From Eledone cirrhosa (taxonomy: Eukaryota): a stretch of DNA of 64,000 bases. Location of the stretch: the NCBI GenBank assembly GCA_964016885.1, contig OZ024740.1, positions 322,896,001 through 322,960,000 of the forward strand. Direction: 5' to 3'. The notes under the pieces were generated by a model, which was not told the origin of the DNA, ran no database searches, and was given only the letters and a program-made list of their open reading frames with translations. The translations under genes were made by a program, and so were the position numbers. Positions 40,853-56,164 of the stretch are shown here, in pieces; positions within the stretch are counted from its first letter, which is position 1, and each line of letters opens with the position of its first letter.

Positions 40853-41072
40853 GGGCGGTAGATTGGCAGTATCGGTAGAAAGTCGGACAACATGCGTTGC
40901 AGCATAGAGTTATGGCCCTTTATGATTTGAGTTCAAATCCCGGCGAGGTTAACTTTGCCTTTCATTCTGACGGCGTCGATAAAATAAAGTACCAGTCACG
41001 TACTGAGGTCGATTTAATTAACTTTCCCTCCCCCAAAATTGCTGGCCTTGTGCCTATATAAGAAACCATTAT
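40853..41072 (+). mobile_element. Full-length main-family tRNA-derived SINE
   Basis: A-box tggcagtatcgg, B-box gagttcaaatcc, tail ccttgtgcctatataagaaaccattat. Confidence 0.88.
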
Positions 41073-41094
41073 CTTTATTGTTGTTATATTTATT

Positions 41095-41394
41095 GTCATT
41101 GTTGTTGTTCCATGGCGGCTATATATTTTTGTTGTTGTTGTTGTTGTTCCATGGCGGCTACATATTTTTATTGTTGTTTTCGTTGTTCCTTGGTGGCTAC
41201 ATATTTTTATTGTTATTGTTGTTGTTGTTGTTGTTGTTGTTCCATGGCGGCTACATATTTTTATTGTTGTTATATCATGGCGGCTAAACATTTTTATTGT
41301 TATTATTGTTGTTGTTGTTGTTGTTCCATGGCGGCTACATATTTTTATTGTTGTTGTCGTTGCTCCTTGGCGGCTACATATTTTTATTGTTGTT

Positions 41395-41436
<42 letters not shown>

Positions 41437-41650
41437 CCATGGCGGCTACATATTTTTATTGTTGTTGTTGTTGTTGTTGTTTTTGTTGATTCATGGCGGC
41501 TACATATTTTTATTGTTGTTGCTATATCATGGCGGCTACATATTTTTATTGTTGTTGTTATATCATGGCGGCTACATATTTTTATTGTTGTTGTTATATC
41601 ATGGCGGCTACATATTTTTATTGTTGTTGTTATATCATCGCTACATATTT
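41095..41650. repeat. Tandem array: constant catggcggctacatattttta core with variable (TTG)n spacers, about 13 units
   Basis: Cores near 41111, 41150, 41190, 41243, 41277, 41327, 41367, 41438, 41492, 41528, 41564, 41600, 41636. Confidence 0.88.
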
Positions 41651-41804
41651 TTTCTCACCAGTTTTCTTTTTAGACTCCAAATTAGTTGGTCGAGTAATGG
41701 AGTAATTAAATATGCAACAATTATATGTTGGCAAGGGGGGAAATAGTGTGTAAGGAAAAAAAGAGAAAACAGGAATTAGAGGTAGATAGATAGGTGGATG
41801 GATC

Positions 41805-41867
<63 letters not shown>

Positions 41868-41942
41868 GGATAGATAGAGAGATACATGGATGGAGAGAAA
41901 GATAGTCAGGTAGATAGATAGATTGATTAAGAGCGAAAGAGA

Positions 41943-41999
<57 letters not shown>

Positions 42000-42079
42000 G
42001 GACTGGGAAGAGAAGAGAGAACAAGATGAAGTAGATGAAAAGTTATGAAGTAAAGGAGGAAGGAGAGTGTAGAAGGAGT

Positions 42080-42117
<38 letters not shown>

Positions 42118-42126
42118 CAGTATATA

Positions 42127-42209
<83 letters not shown>

Positions 42210-42215
42210 TATATA

Positions 42216-42264
<49 letters not shown>

Positions 42265-42587
42265 TATATATATATATATATATATACACACAAGTATGAA
42301 TGTATAATATATATATATATATACACATACATACACAGACACAGCCACACACACATATATATATAGAGAGAGGGGGTGGGAGAGGGACGGCGCAGAAGAG
42401 TAGTAAGCGTGGGTTGATGTGAATGTGGCGCAATATCAAGTAATATGTTAAACGTCAATAAAATTGATGTCGTTATTTGTTGCCATGTTTAATTATAATG
42501 TGCCTATAATTTAGGGGCTGTAAATTGAACGGAGAAGAAGTAACAATTATATATATACATATATGTATGTATGTGTGTATATATATA

Positions 42588-42690
<103 letters not shown>

Positions 42691-42735
42691 ATGTGTATAT
42701 ATACACACGTATACGTATATGCGTAAGTATATACG

Positions 42736-42782
<47 letters not shown>

Positions 42783-43613
42783 CGAGAGAGAGAAAGAGGG
42801 AAAAAGAGGGAGAAAGAGAAATTAAGAGGGGGAGAATATTATTGCAAGCAAAAGAACGAGAGGACTAACTGACGAAGTTGCAGAGATGATTATAATGATG
42901 ATAATGATGAAGATAGTGATGATGATGATGATGATGATGATGGTGATGATGGTGATGATGGTGATGATGATGGTGATGATGAAGAGGAGTAGTAGGAGGA
43001 GGAGGAGAAGGAGGAAATGGAGGCTGACTGTGGTGATGGTGATGATGATTGTGATAATACTGTTGGAGGTAGTGGTGGCAGTTGTTGTAGATGTATTGGT
43101 GGAGGTAGTAGTTGTGATGATGGTGAAGCTAAGGGAGATAATGTTGGTTGTTATAGTATTGGAGGGTAGTGATGCTTGGGTTGGCGGAGATATTAAAGTT
43201 AGTAGTGGTGGCGGTGTCGGTGGTAATAAATTAGAGAAAAATGGCAGAAAACTAAGGTTAGAGAAAAAAATGATGAAAGAAATATTGTTGCACGGGTTTA
43301 TGATTTGATGTAATGACATTCATTGCACATGCGTCAGACTGCAAGTAATATAAAACTTGGAAGATGTGATGTGTGTAGTAATTTTAAATAGGTGATAAGG
43401 TCAGCTGTAACAAACGTAGTTCCTTTCCAACTATATGAAAGACGTTAAATACAGGAGGAAATTTTTTCCATGCGATCACAAGCAGGATACTATCTCTTGG
43501 AACGGGATTTTATTTCAAAAATTATATGTATATGTATACACGCACATAGACACACGCACATACAGACACGCACATACAGACCCCCCCCCCCCCCCCCCCA
43601 CACACACACATAG

Positions 43614-43648
<35 letters not shown>

Positions 43649-43825
43649 ACATACTATATCATCCGTACCACTCCATATGATATGGTATGATATGGTATGT
43701 ATGTTTGTATGTATGTATGTATGTATGTATGTATGTATGTATGTATGTATGCATGTATGTATGTATGTATGTATGTATGTATGTATGTATGTATGTATGT
43801 ATGTATGTATGTATGTATGTATGTA

Positions 43826-44372
43826 TTCCCAGTACAACCTGTCTCATGGTCGGGTCGTTGGCGACTAAACTGGCAACCCCACCAAGGTTTCTTGGTGAGG
43901 AGGGTGACTTTGGACATCCTGCAAGACTAAAAACAAAACCTGTCAAAGGGCAAAGGAGCTCTTAAGAGTTAAATGCCCTTAGCTTTTGTCAAGGCAGAAT
44001 TCTAGGAGAAGGAAAACTCTGATATAACACCTGCAACCCTGATGGTATCCAATGATGTTGACTTGTTCTTCCTTTTGGTAAATATCATCTTGGTTAAGAG
44101 AGTGGGACTGGCTTTGTGCAGTGCCTTTGCTCACTATAAAAGCTTCACGGCACAGGCATTGCTTTGTATCTGGAGATCTCTCTGCACTTGTAGTCACATG
44201 GTACCATGGGCCCAGCACTATGTGTCAATAATTGTCACAGGTGTAGTGTTTGTACCAGAGTTTTCAAGTCGCTGGCTGGACTAAAAAGTCACACTTGTTC
44301 AGCGCATCGGTAGGGGTTCTCCTACATGGATATAAAGTAGTGGCCGTACTCGAAAACGAGTTGGCAGCCACC
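43826..44372 (+). mobile_element. ~610-bp non-autonomous element, 5'-truncated copy
   Basis: Matches 10470-11028; (TATG)n on both sides. Confidence 0.85.
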
Positions 44373-44429
44373 ATGTATGTATGTATGTATGTATGTGTGT
44401 ATGTGTATATATGTGTGTATATATATATG

Positions 44430-44494
<65 letters not shown>

Positions 44495-44538
44495 TAATTC
44501 AAAATATTAACAAAAATAGATATTCGTGTGATCAAGTA

Positions 44539-44605
44539 TATTTTATTATACATATTTCAGAGGCACTAAGCTATCTTCAACAGTACGTCCTCATCAGATA
44601 AAATA
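44539..44605 (-). ncRNA. Minimal type I hammerhead (family C)
   Basis: tattttat-CTGATGA-ggacgtact...agtgcctct-GAAA-tatgta-TA-ataaaata. Confidence 0.8.
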
Positions 44606-44766
44606 AGATGATGCATGACATATCCTGACTTAGTAGATGGTTAATATTCAGTCATGGTATTGAATAAGATATGACAAAACTCAATATTTATATACCTTAA
44701 GATTGAGACATGAAAAAATTTGTAAAACTCATTCTTTTATTTATTCATTGAACCTTGTTTAACCTT

Positions 44767-44821
<55 letters not shown>

Positions 44822-44826
<5 letters not shown>

Positions 44827-45447
44827 GTTATTCCGGGTTGAATCGGAGGTAACCACAGTAAGTAAGGTACTCAATACATTGCAGAGTATAAAAGTTTTAA
44901 TATAGATGAGATTCTACAGGACTAGAACTGTTTCATTCTTTAGAAATCATCAGGAATCTGGGTATCAAAAAATAAATATGGTATTTATAGGTCTCTACAA
45001 GTGGTAGGAGAGGGTGGGGAGTGGGATGGGTGTAGGTCATTGGTTGATAGAAAAGGAATTCATTAAAAGCTAATTCTACAAAGCTATAGTTTATTTTTAT
45101 TAATTTTTGTTTTTAGTAACAAAGGCAGACAGAATTCTATAAACAGGTGCCGGATGGCATACCGTTCCTTGTCATTAAGTTTCTCTTAAGCTAACAGATG
45201 TCTATAAGATCAGTGGGGGGTCAGTCATGGTAGATAGAATTAAACAAAAATAAACTATAGCTTTGTAGAATTAGCTTTTAATGAATTCCTTTTCTATCAA
45301 CCAATGACCTACACCCATCCCACTCCCTACCCTCTCCTACCACTTGTAGAGACCTATAAATACCATATTTATTTTTTGATACCCAGATTCTTGATGATTT
45401 CTAAAGAATGAAACAGTTCTAGTCCTGTAGAATCTCATCTATATTAA

Positions 45448-45451
<4 letters not shown>
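44822..45451. mobile_element. Fold-back pLTR-like element with ~205-bp inverted arms in (TA)n
   Basis: Arms about 44893-45100 and 45245-45451, each with an HHR. Confidence 0.85.
44909..44959 (-). ncRNA. Type I hammerhead ribozyme
   Basis: agattc-CTGATGA-tttctaaagaat-GAAA-cag-ttctagtc-ctg-TA-gaatct; the plus-strand twin 45385-45435 has TTGATGA. Confidence 0.82.
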
Positions 45452-45486
<35 letters not shown>

Positions 45487-45939
45487 CACACACACATACA
45501 TACACCTATACGTGCATGTGTTTCCGTGGATTTGTGCCTATAAATATACCATATGTAGCTAGTCTATCTCTTCACAGAGAGAGTAGAATAGAAATGGAGA
45601 TTGTGGGATACGAAGATGATAGAAAAGAAATACAACGAAAGTACATATACGTCTTTGGGTTAGGTAACATGTGACAATGTTTAGATGTTGGGTTAAGTTC
45701 GTTTTATGTAGAGGCGAGAAAGAGAGAGTGTGAGAGGAAGTGAGGAGAGAGACAGGTAGCGAGAGGGAGAGAGGGAGAGAGAGAAAGTTAGAGAGAAAGA
45801 GAGATAGGGAATGAGAGATGGAAGGATATATATATAGAGAGAGAGACGGGGCGAGCGGGAGAGAAATAGAGAGAAGAGCGTGAGAGAGAGAGAAAAAGAA
45901 AGAAACAGAGAGAGATAGAGACAGAGAGAGAGAGAGAGA

Positions 45940-46030
<91 letters not shown>

Positions 46031-46630
46031 GGTGGGAGATAGAGAAAGAAATAAGGAGTCATAATCTTTATCTCAGTTTTTCCATACTTTCAGGGGCTGG
46101 AATAAACCCGGAGTTTTCCCCCAGGTTTATGGGCAATAAGGGGCAGTCAGTTCAAAACTTATCTATTTAAGGAACACCAGTCCCAGGCACGGCTACACTA
46201 GAGTCCTCGCTGATGCTATTTTTTGTGGATCTATGTGAATTGAGATGTTTCGCTCCAGGATACAGCTCGTCAGTTGCTCTGTCATCGAACATATGACCTC
46301 ATTGTACTGCGCTGAACACACTAACCACAAATCCTCACATTTTCACATCGTTTTACAGTAGAACTTATTTATTCTACCCTCCTGGCAATTGCTTAAAATT
46401 GTTTCTGGAACAAAAAAATAAAGAAAGAAAGAATTTAATCGGATATTTTCTTGTGAAAGTTGGTCAAAATGTCTGTTTGTGACTTTACTGAGATAATGGA
46501 AGGGGAGGAAACAGTAACTGAACGAGAAGAAAAGAAAGAGAAGCAAAAATGGGAAGCAAAAAAAAACAAAAACAAAAAAAAAACAAAAAAGCTAAAGAAA
46601 GGTAAGGGAATATACTTCCATTAAAGTTAC

Positions 46631-46704
<74 letters not shown>

Positions 46705-47819
46705 AAATACACACAAACAAAACAAAAATCTGTTTTCAAAATTAAGAAATCTTATTGAATTGGCCTAAGGAAGTGTTTCATTGTGTGTTTGTACGTTTCG
46801 TTAAGAATAATCGTTTCTATCTATCTATCTATCTATCTGTCTATCTATCTATCTATCTATCTCTATATCTATCTATCTATCTGTGAGCACCCTCACCACG
46901 AGATGTCTACGTATAAGACTTCGACTCGTATACACAGGATAGTGAGTGGAATAGTGGGATCTTTTGTGCATGCCTTAGGGCGCAACAGACACATACACAG
47001 ATACACCAACACATATACACATACACACCACAACTACACCGTAAAGTCTGTGTTACTAAGGCATCCATAAAAACAGTGATATATATATAAATGTATATGT
47101 GTGCCTGTGTGTGTTTGCTTGTATTTTTGTGTGTGTGTATGAGTGTGTGTGTGTGTATGAGTGTGTATGTGTGTGTGTACATGTGTGTGTGTGTGTTTGA
47201 GTGTGTATAAGGCCATAACGCTCGGAAAGTTTCCAACTTAACTCTGATGGTCTTGGGGCGAACAATTAAGCGAATTGCTTTTCCAATGTAATTTTGTACA
47301 CAGAAACAGAATATTTATAAATTTTCTCCTTATTTTGCATTGCCATTGTTGATATTTATGGCGACATTAATTTTCAAATTTCATTTTACGATAAAAATCA
47401 CAACAAAAATAAAAAAAAACATGAGAAAAAATGTGGTTTTTTTTTCGAGTAAATGAGAAAACCATATGGAATCTTTCCTTTTATTTTTTTTTCAATTTTT
47501 TAGTTTTTACTGAAAGTTGTTATAAGTGATTCAAGATGTTATATATTTCAACAATAACCAAAATTCAGATTAAATATTCAATAAATTAAATAATTTAATA
47601 CATGAATATTTAATAAATTATGTATTTGATAGCAAACATTGATATTGTTTGTCACTTAAGTCTAAATTAAATTATAACAGTTTCTACCATGATATGTGAT
47701 ATTTATTGGTACAGTCTAACTTTGTTTATGTGTAGTAAAGTAGTGTATGATATATAAAAAAATTGAGGTATGTATTCCTCCTAACGCAGATAACTATAAT
47801 AATAGTTGATAACTATAAA

Positions 47820-48040
47820 TAATGGTTTATGATTTAAGCACAAGGCCAGCAATTTTGGGGGAGGATAAAATCGATTACATCGACCCCAGTGCTTTACTGG
47901 TACTTTATTTCATCGATCCCGTAAGGATGAAAGACAAAGCTAACCTCAGCGGGATTTGAACTCAAACTCTAAAGGACCGTAATTCTATGCTGCAAAGCAT
48001 GGTGTCCGAGTCTCTACCGATACTGCCAATCTACCGCCCT
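47820..48040 (-). mobile_element. Main-family SINE
   Basis: Matches the family consensus. Confidence 0.85.
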
Positions 48041-48486
48041 TGATTACTGTTAATAACACGCAGGTGTATATTTCGGTAGAGCACCCCTGGAGAAGAAAAA
48101 GATTGGATAGAGATATCTCTGTCCATTTTTTCCCGTCTTCAGGAGTATTTTACTTGATTTCTTATTAACTAATATTTATATGATCAACTATTATTATAGT
48201 CATCTGCGTTGGGCTGACTACATTTGAAATTTTTCCAATGCTTCTTAAGTCAACCATGTTTATAAAGGGTGGTACACGAAAGAATAGCCCGATTTCCGTA
48301 ACATAGTATAAACACAGAAATATATTCGCACGTACTATGCTACGGAACCGTGCGACGCTGCACTGTACATTAGGCAGTGTATCTATACATTAGGTAACAT
48401 GTGTAAATATTATGTAATATGGAAATTTACACAGAGACATATATTTATGTATATGCGGAACAGTTTTTTCTTCTGGACGTATTTAA

Positions 48487-49404
48487 TCTATATATATAAA
48501 ACTGTGGTTGTCTGTCTGTCTATCGATTTTCGGCACACATCTCCTCTTAGAATCTCTCACGGAATTGCACCGAAATTGCTATACTTGTACATTGAGCCCT
48601 AGCGAAGACATCGGAAAAAAAAAATTTCAAATTGACCCACCCTATGTGACGAAATCGAATATAATGTATCGATTTTTGAGCGTAAGTTATCAGTTATTTC
48701 CCTTTGTTCTGTTTACATTGAGCGTCTTACGTAAAAAATTACGCTGGCTTTCTCAGCGTTTGTCGAGCCAGCAAAATATTGACCTGCAAAATTCATCAGT
48801 TCGAACACTAAACTTCCGTTTTGCTTCATTTCCATTTAAAAGCATTTTAAAACAATATTTTTACTTGAAAACAAGTCTATTTAAAGACTACGTAAAACAA
48901 GCAAATATTTCGTCGTTAGGCGTGCAGACAGACAGTCGTGCAGACAGACAGTCGTGCAGAGAGGTGATATACGCGTGCAGACAGATAGTCGTGCAGAGAG
49001 GTGATATAGGCGTGTAGACAGACAGTCGTGCAGAGAGGTGATATAGGCGTGCAGACAGACAGTCGTGCAGAGAGGTGATATAGGCGTGCAGACAGACATA
49101 ACTGATAATTTGGTTACGCTAATGTTTTTCTCTGCGTTGCAGTGTTTACATTTTCGATCTTTGTTAATAAATAACCAGTGCAGTTTCTATCCCCAGCATC
49201 CTCTTTTGTTATAACATTCGGGTTATCGTTATGTTTTCTTAACTTCCATAAGGCATATTGTTGGTTGAGGGAATATTAATCAAAAACACCACATGCAAGT
49301 CTGCACAGTAGACACTACAGTTTTTAAGCCAATAAAGAAACTTAACATTGTAACTTTAACACAGCTACTGAGCGACCCCGAGCAACGCCGGGCTTTACTG
49401 CTAG
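48487..49404 (+). mobile_element. Non-autonomous Helitron with internal ~37-bp tandem repeats
   Basis: A|TC start, (TCTG)n subterminal, 3' hairpin cccgagcaacgccggg, CTAG|T end; repeats about 48918-49097. Confidence 0.8.
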
Positions 49405-49788
49405 TGTTTAATAAAAGCGTATATGAACCCAGATACAACATGTTTACGTAAGTACAATTAACATACATTTAGTCTCACTGTGTGTATATTAATCTGTGAT
49501 AAATGTGTATATGAGGCTATACACAATATGTTTACATATAATTTCCCAAAATGTAATCTTGTAGTGACTCTCTTAAGCTGTGATCATATCACAGCTGTCT
49601 CAGTAGCCGTGTAAGAGCGCCACCTACATGTAATTCGGGATTTTTAACCTATCATCAGAAAACGTTTACTTACTACGGGACGCTGAGGTAGAAGGATACA
49701 ATATATTATAAAATTGTAAATAAACTATTTCTGTTGATAGTTAATTACACATAGAGTAAGCTTGACTGGCTGGTATTAACTAGCAGTA

Positions 49789-49992
49789 GGTGGATTGACA
49801 GTATCGGTAGAGATCGGACAACATGCTTTATGCCTCTTTATGATCTGAGTTCAAATCCCGCTGAGGTTAACTTTGCCTTTTCTCCTTATAGGGTTGACAA
49901 AATAAAGTACCAGTAATGCACTGGTCCATTTAATATACTTTCCCATCCAACCCCAAAATTGTTGATTGTGTGCCTAAATCAGAAACCATTAA
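49789..49992 (+). mobile_element. Main-family SINE
   Basis: Matches the family consensus. Confidence 0.8.
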
Positions 49993-50303
49993 TTAGCAAT
50001 AGTACTAACAGAGTTGGGTTCAAATTAAAGGCATATATGAAACCATATTCACTGTTTACGGATAATAAACATATTTAGTCTGATTGCGAATATTTAAGCA
50101 GTGTCAGAGTTCAATGCCTTTAATCTGAACTACGCAGTGTTAGTGCTATCACGAAATAATACCAGATAGTCAAATTGGCGTTATATGTAAATAAGCTATC
50201 AATAGAAATAGTTTGATTACAAAATCTGTAAGAATATATCATCTTTCATATGCCATTCATCTAAGTAAACACGCACACACACACACACACACACACTCAC
50301 ACG

Positions 50304-50363
<60 letters not shown>

Positions 50364-50455
50364 AACATACCTTTTTCCATACATGCCTATGTACAGGCAA
50401 TTAATTATACCTTCCAGTAAATACATGCATACTTAAATATATGCACACACACACA

Positions 50456-50519
<64 letters not shown>

Positions 50520-50668
50520 AATACACGCATATATACAAACATACATACATACGCATACATACACATAGACACATACATACATGCAATGCATACATCAATG
50601 TTCTTACATCACTGTCCATAAATACACACATACGTACTTACATACACATATATATATATATATATATA

Positions 50669-50717
<49 letters not shown>

Positions 50718-50786
50718 TATATATTCATACGTACATACATTCATACATACATACATACGTACGTACATTAATACATACATACGTAA

Positions 50787-50817
<31 letters not shown>

Positions 50818-51098
50818 CATACCTACATACATACATACAGACATTCGTACTCATAGTACATTATTTTACATTATAAGTCAGCAACTTTTTTGATCGTCTG
50901 TTTTAATCAAACTGAACTTTGATGCATGCAGAACAATGGCCGCCAAGAGGCTGTCAGAAAGACTGAGACGTCAGACCAACGTAATTTGGTGGAAGATTGA
51001 AGAGCTTTCAGGAATCTCGACTAGAACATTCGTAATTTAACATATATATATATATACATACATACACATACATACACATACACACAGAGACAGAGAGA

Positions 51099-51201
<103 letters not shown>

Positions 51202-51275
51202 GTATATACATACATATATGTGTGTGCGTATGTATGCAATGTATGTGTGTAATTTAACATATATATAGCACACAC

Positions 51276-51307
<32 letters not shown>

Positions 51308-51624
51308 ATGTAGGTATGTATGTATATATGCATGTATCTATGCATGTAATTTATCATATATATATATATATGTGTGTGTGTATATGTGTGTGTATGTGTG
51401 TATGTGTGTGTGTATGTGTGTGTGTTTGAGTGTGTGTGTTTGTACCGACCAAAACTTTAGTAATCTTATCAAATATATATATAATGTCAAGCCATTCTAT
51501 TTACATTCTTAAAAATATACACCATTATATATTGTACGCTTGCTGTTATTGTGGTGCTGGTGTTGGTCAGAATAATGTCTTCTTTTGACAAGCAATCAAA
51601 TAGCACACATACAGACACACACAG

Positions 51625-51662
<38 letters not shown>

Positions 51663-52479
51663 GTATACATATCTGTATATATATTCTTCCGGATCTTTGC
51701 TTTCATAGTTCAAATTCCATTGAGGTTAACTTTTCCTTTCAATCTGTCGTAGGAAATAATAAAGAATCAGTGCAGGGCAGCGGCTCTTTGCAATCTGAGT
51801 TCAACGATCATTGTGACCTATTTCACACCAGGTTTCAGGTCACCCCCTGGCCTTTATGTGCTTTATCAGCGTCTACTGTGTTACTAACATTATAGTCAGG
51901 TTTTAGGATACTAAACGTCATTCCCGTCACCAATCCTGAGGATTCTGGAAAGTGTTAAGAGCGAGAATATCAACCAAAAGCAGGGAAATATTTATACTTG
52001 GAGAAGAATGGATACCCAATATTGTGTGTATATTACGGTTTTAACAATGTACTTGAAATTATTATAAAATGAAAAGAAAAACATGTTTAAACTTAGGGAA
52101 GAGTGGTCACCCAATAGTGTATACATATTGTGTAATTAACAAAGTTCTTGAAATTGTTATATAGTACTGATAACAATATAAAGAGAAAGAGAAAAATGGA
52201 TACCCAATAACATGTATACTTAGAGAAAAATGGATACCCAATAACATGTTCATATTTTAACAAAGTACATAAATGATGAACCCAGGGACCCGAAATATTA
52301 ATTTTGAATATCCCCATGGCAAGTTCAGAAATGTTACACGCGGATGCTATTTCTCGAAGATGTGGCTGCTCTTTTTTGCAGATCTCGATGCCATGTAGAT
52401 GTTTACTAGTTGGCTAGCAAGAGGCTGGTACTGTGTCTAAGGGGAGATGTATCTTTCATTTGTCTCACGTCTTCAAATC

Positions 52480-52660
52480 GTTCGTACCCCTGGCTACCTT
52501 CTTACTCACCACCATAGGCGCTGAGCTGGCCAGCCGCAGGTTTGAGCCCCGCGAGTTGGAGTGGCTCTTCCAGCACGTCTCCCTCGCCGTCCTCCTGGGA
52601 AACGCCTTCTCCATTCTGTCTGCCGGGGTTGTGGGTGGGCCCCATCGCGTACCGTTGTAG
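52480..52660 (+). mobile_element. CRE-like LINE 3' fragment (second copy)
   Basis: PLATFLLTTIGAELASRRFEPRELEWLFQHVSLAVLLGNAFSILS; homologous to about 39280-39450. Confidence 0.75.
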
Positions 52661-52751
52661 TTGTTGTAGAAGAAACAGGAAGACAACGACAGACAGATAT
52701 ATATATATAAATAATGTATTGGAGATCGAGTGTAGAATTCTGTTATTATTA

Positions 52752-52946
52752 TTGGCGGTGGATTGGCAGTATCGGTAGAGAGTCGCACGCCATGCTAACT
52801 AGCATAGTTACGTCCCTATACGGTCTGAGTTCAAATCCCGCCGAGGTTCACTTTACCTTTCATCCTTACGGTGTCGATAAAATAAAATATCCAGTAATGC
52901 ACTGGGTAATTGCTGGCCTTGTGCTAAAAGTAGAAACAATTATTAT
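52752..52946 (+). mobile_element. Main-family SINE
   Basis: Matches the family consensus. Confidence 0.85.
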
Positions 52947-53533
52947 TGAAAGGTTCATAGGCTGACCAAGATACTCTCATGAAATGACCAAATGAGGTTT
53001 ATTTTTCAACATAGTTCCTGGAAAGAAACAATGCAATTATTATTATTAAGAAGAATTGAAATCAATGCATGCAAGATTTCACTTTATTAAAAGGATCTTT
53101 GAGTCATCTATTACGCGTACAAGAGCATACATATGCAGGGACACACACACGTAAATCAGACACAATTTTACACAAATACACACATACACGCATACATAGT
53201 TATATATAATTAGTCCTTTTGGAAGCCTCAACAATGCAGATGGGTAAATCTCCGGGTAACAGAATCAGGTGGTGATGAGAGAGATGTAAGAGGAAATGTA
53301 GAATGAGACGTATAGGGTGAAGAGGAACGTAGGAAAGAGTGTAAAAATAATAACACGAGATAAAGTTACCTTGGAAGTGATTTAATTGTCCTTATATTTC
53401 GGATTTCGCATCCATCAGCTGGGGGTTTTCCGAGGAGGAAAGGTTTTAGTCGGAGAGGAACAACACGTGGCCTCTGTTGTCTGCCGTTTGTGTACACAGG
53501 TTTACACAGTTGTACACAAATGGCGTTATATAT

Positions 53534-53668
53534 AATTGTTTTTACTTCTGGCACAAGGCCAGCAATTATCCCATTGTATTACTGGTACTTTAATTTATCA
53601 ACCCCGTAAGGATGAAAGGTAAAGTTAACCTCGGCGGGGTTTGAACTCAGACCATAAAGGGCCGTAAC
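53534..53668 (-). mobile_element. Main-family SINE, partial
   Basis: Matches the 3' two-thirds of the consensus. Confidence 0.8.
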
Positions 53669-53831
53669 CATATATAATGATATGTTTAAAGTGTATATTA
53701 AGTTATGTATGTAAACTGCATACATACAGTATTTATAATTAGTGAACAATAAATGCAAACAAATATTTATCCACACAAATGCATACAAACGCATACAAGC
53801 ACACCCAAAACAAACACAAACACATACAGGC

Positions 53832-53945
<114 letters not shown>

Positions 53946-54654
53946 GTGCGTGTGTATGCATAAATATGTATATATGTATATGTACATGTGTATATATATA
54001 CACCTGCTGCCAGTATTTTGGCTTCTGGCTAAATGTTTCTATCTAAATTGTGATACAGTCCTAATTAAGAGACTCTGTTGATTCCATATTATATTAGCTG
54101 GAAGCCAACAGAAAACAACAGTGTTTTCTTGTTTATTTTCATTATTTTATATCTAATGTTAATTACTCCATTCCACCATTATATTATCTCAATTTGTTTA
54201 TTTCTGATGAACTTCTCTGTCATTCTGTCGTTCTTTTTATATTTATTTTCTCAGACGATGAAAGCCCTTCCATATTGAAAGAAGTAAACTGAGCTATTAG
54301 CTCTAATAGTGTTTCTGAAGGGCAAATGTATTACAGCTACAGTATTTTTTCTCTATTTTATACAAGAAGAGAATTTCCATTCTGGGGTATTTGTTATTTT
54401 TATGAGGGTCACACATTGTCTTTGCTCTATGTTCACAACCGTATGAAAATCCAATAATTTATTATTGCAAATCTGAAACAATAAATTCCTTTTGTATATC
54501 AATGAGTGTTGATTGGGCTATTCCAGATAAATCAGCTGGAGTTCCCTTCCTCCAAATACGATATCGATAGATTCCTAATAGTTACACAGTCATACACACA
54601 CACACACACATGTATATATATATACAACTCTCTCTCTCTCCTCTGTCTCTCTAA

Positions 54655-54778
<124 letters not shown>

Positions 54779-54873
54779 TATAGCCGTTGCTCGCACCAAC
54801 CGGAGGTATATGGTCTTTAAAGCGATGAAATACCAATGAAGGTTGGAAGATCACTGATGAAGGACTAACTTTA

Positions 54874-55000
<127 letters not shown>

Positions 55001-56089
55001 TTTGTATATAGACTGTTAGAGGCGATGACTTGGCAGCGTCGTAAGAACATCAAATAGAATGCTTTGCGGTGTTCATTTCAGCCCTGCTCTCTCTTAGTCC
55101 AATTCCCGCCAAATTCAACGTTGGCTTTCATTCTTTTGAAGTTTATAAAAATAGTATTCGTCCAGTACTCAAGTCGAATCTTCCATTATATCTCTTTCTC
55201 ACTTCATATATCTAACTTTATCCTTCTCTAGAAGAAATCGGCTGTTTTCAGACCTGGAGAGGGTTGATCTCCTTCAGGTTTTAAATGACCCTAAAACTCC
55301 ACCAGAAGTTATGGGTCAACACATACAATTAGAGTGTTGGACAAAACGCATTGTGATAATTGTTCTGGCTTTCAGCATGCCGCGTTCAAATTCAGTTGAG
55401 ATCTATTTTACCCTTCAACCTTTTACTCCAACGATTTTGCAAGTTAAGTTAATGCATGGAGTAGAATGCGGTATTTTCTTTCGGTACAATGAGCTCTGCG
55501 TTCAAATCCCGTCAAGATCTATTTCGCCTCTCCTCTTTTCAGATTCTATAAATAAAATATCAGGTCAGTACTAATGCCGCTCTTTTCCCCTCTAGCTGTT
55601 ACTTCTTTGATGATTCACTGGTTCAATCGTGGAGGGTCCGTGAGGACGTCTGTGTTTGCTCGCGATTACATGGGTATCTAAATCTATTCAAGAAAGCATG
55701 AAACACTATCAAGTCAAACTCGAATGCGAGTGACAGTTGTAATTTTAGTACAGTGGTCAGCAGACCTCGAGAATAACTGAGATATGTGAGTGCAATACTT
55801 GAGTACTTGGGGGTCATACAAACTCTTATAAAACTATTGAAATTATAATGAGAAACTAATTGGTTGCTATTTCCAGCAGGTGGAACGACCACGTAGAGTT
55901 ACTCGTGTTGGCTCATTCCATAGTACATTGTGTTCTTTGAAGTGACAAAGGATAATGAAGTTAAGAGATGTGAGCTTATATAGATTTACTTAATACAATG
56001 GGAGTGATAGTTGAATATATGGTGTTAGTGAGAGGACTTCGGGGAGGGTGAGAGACTAATAATACAATTAGAGAGAGGGATAGATAGAC

Positions 56090-56164
<75 letters not shown>

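Noticed and set aside
41095-41650. CRISPR-like repeat/spacer appearance
   Set aside because: Spacers are (TTG)n of variable length rather than unique sequences; eukaryotic context with no cas genes.
46235-46280. Minus-strand CTGACGA...GAAA hammerhead-like match
   Set aside because: No stem I pairing, and the segment looks like a diverged CORE-like SINE region; probably coincidental.
49620-49665. Minus-strand CTGATGA...GAAT-tacatgta
   Set aside because: Core mismatch, no cleavage triplet and no stem I.
54195-54310. CTGATGA with distant acttct/agaagt pairing and gagct/agctc hairpin
   Set aside because: GAAA is not correctly placed; too degenerate to call, though it could be an old HHR.
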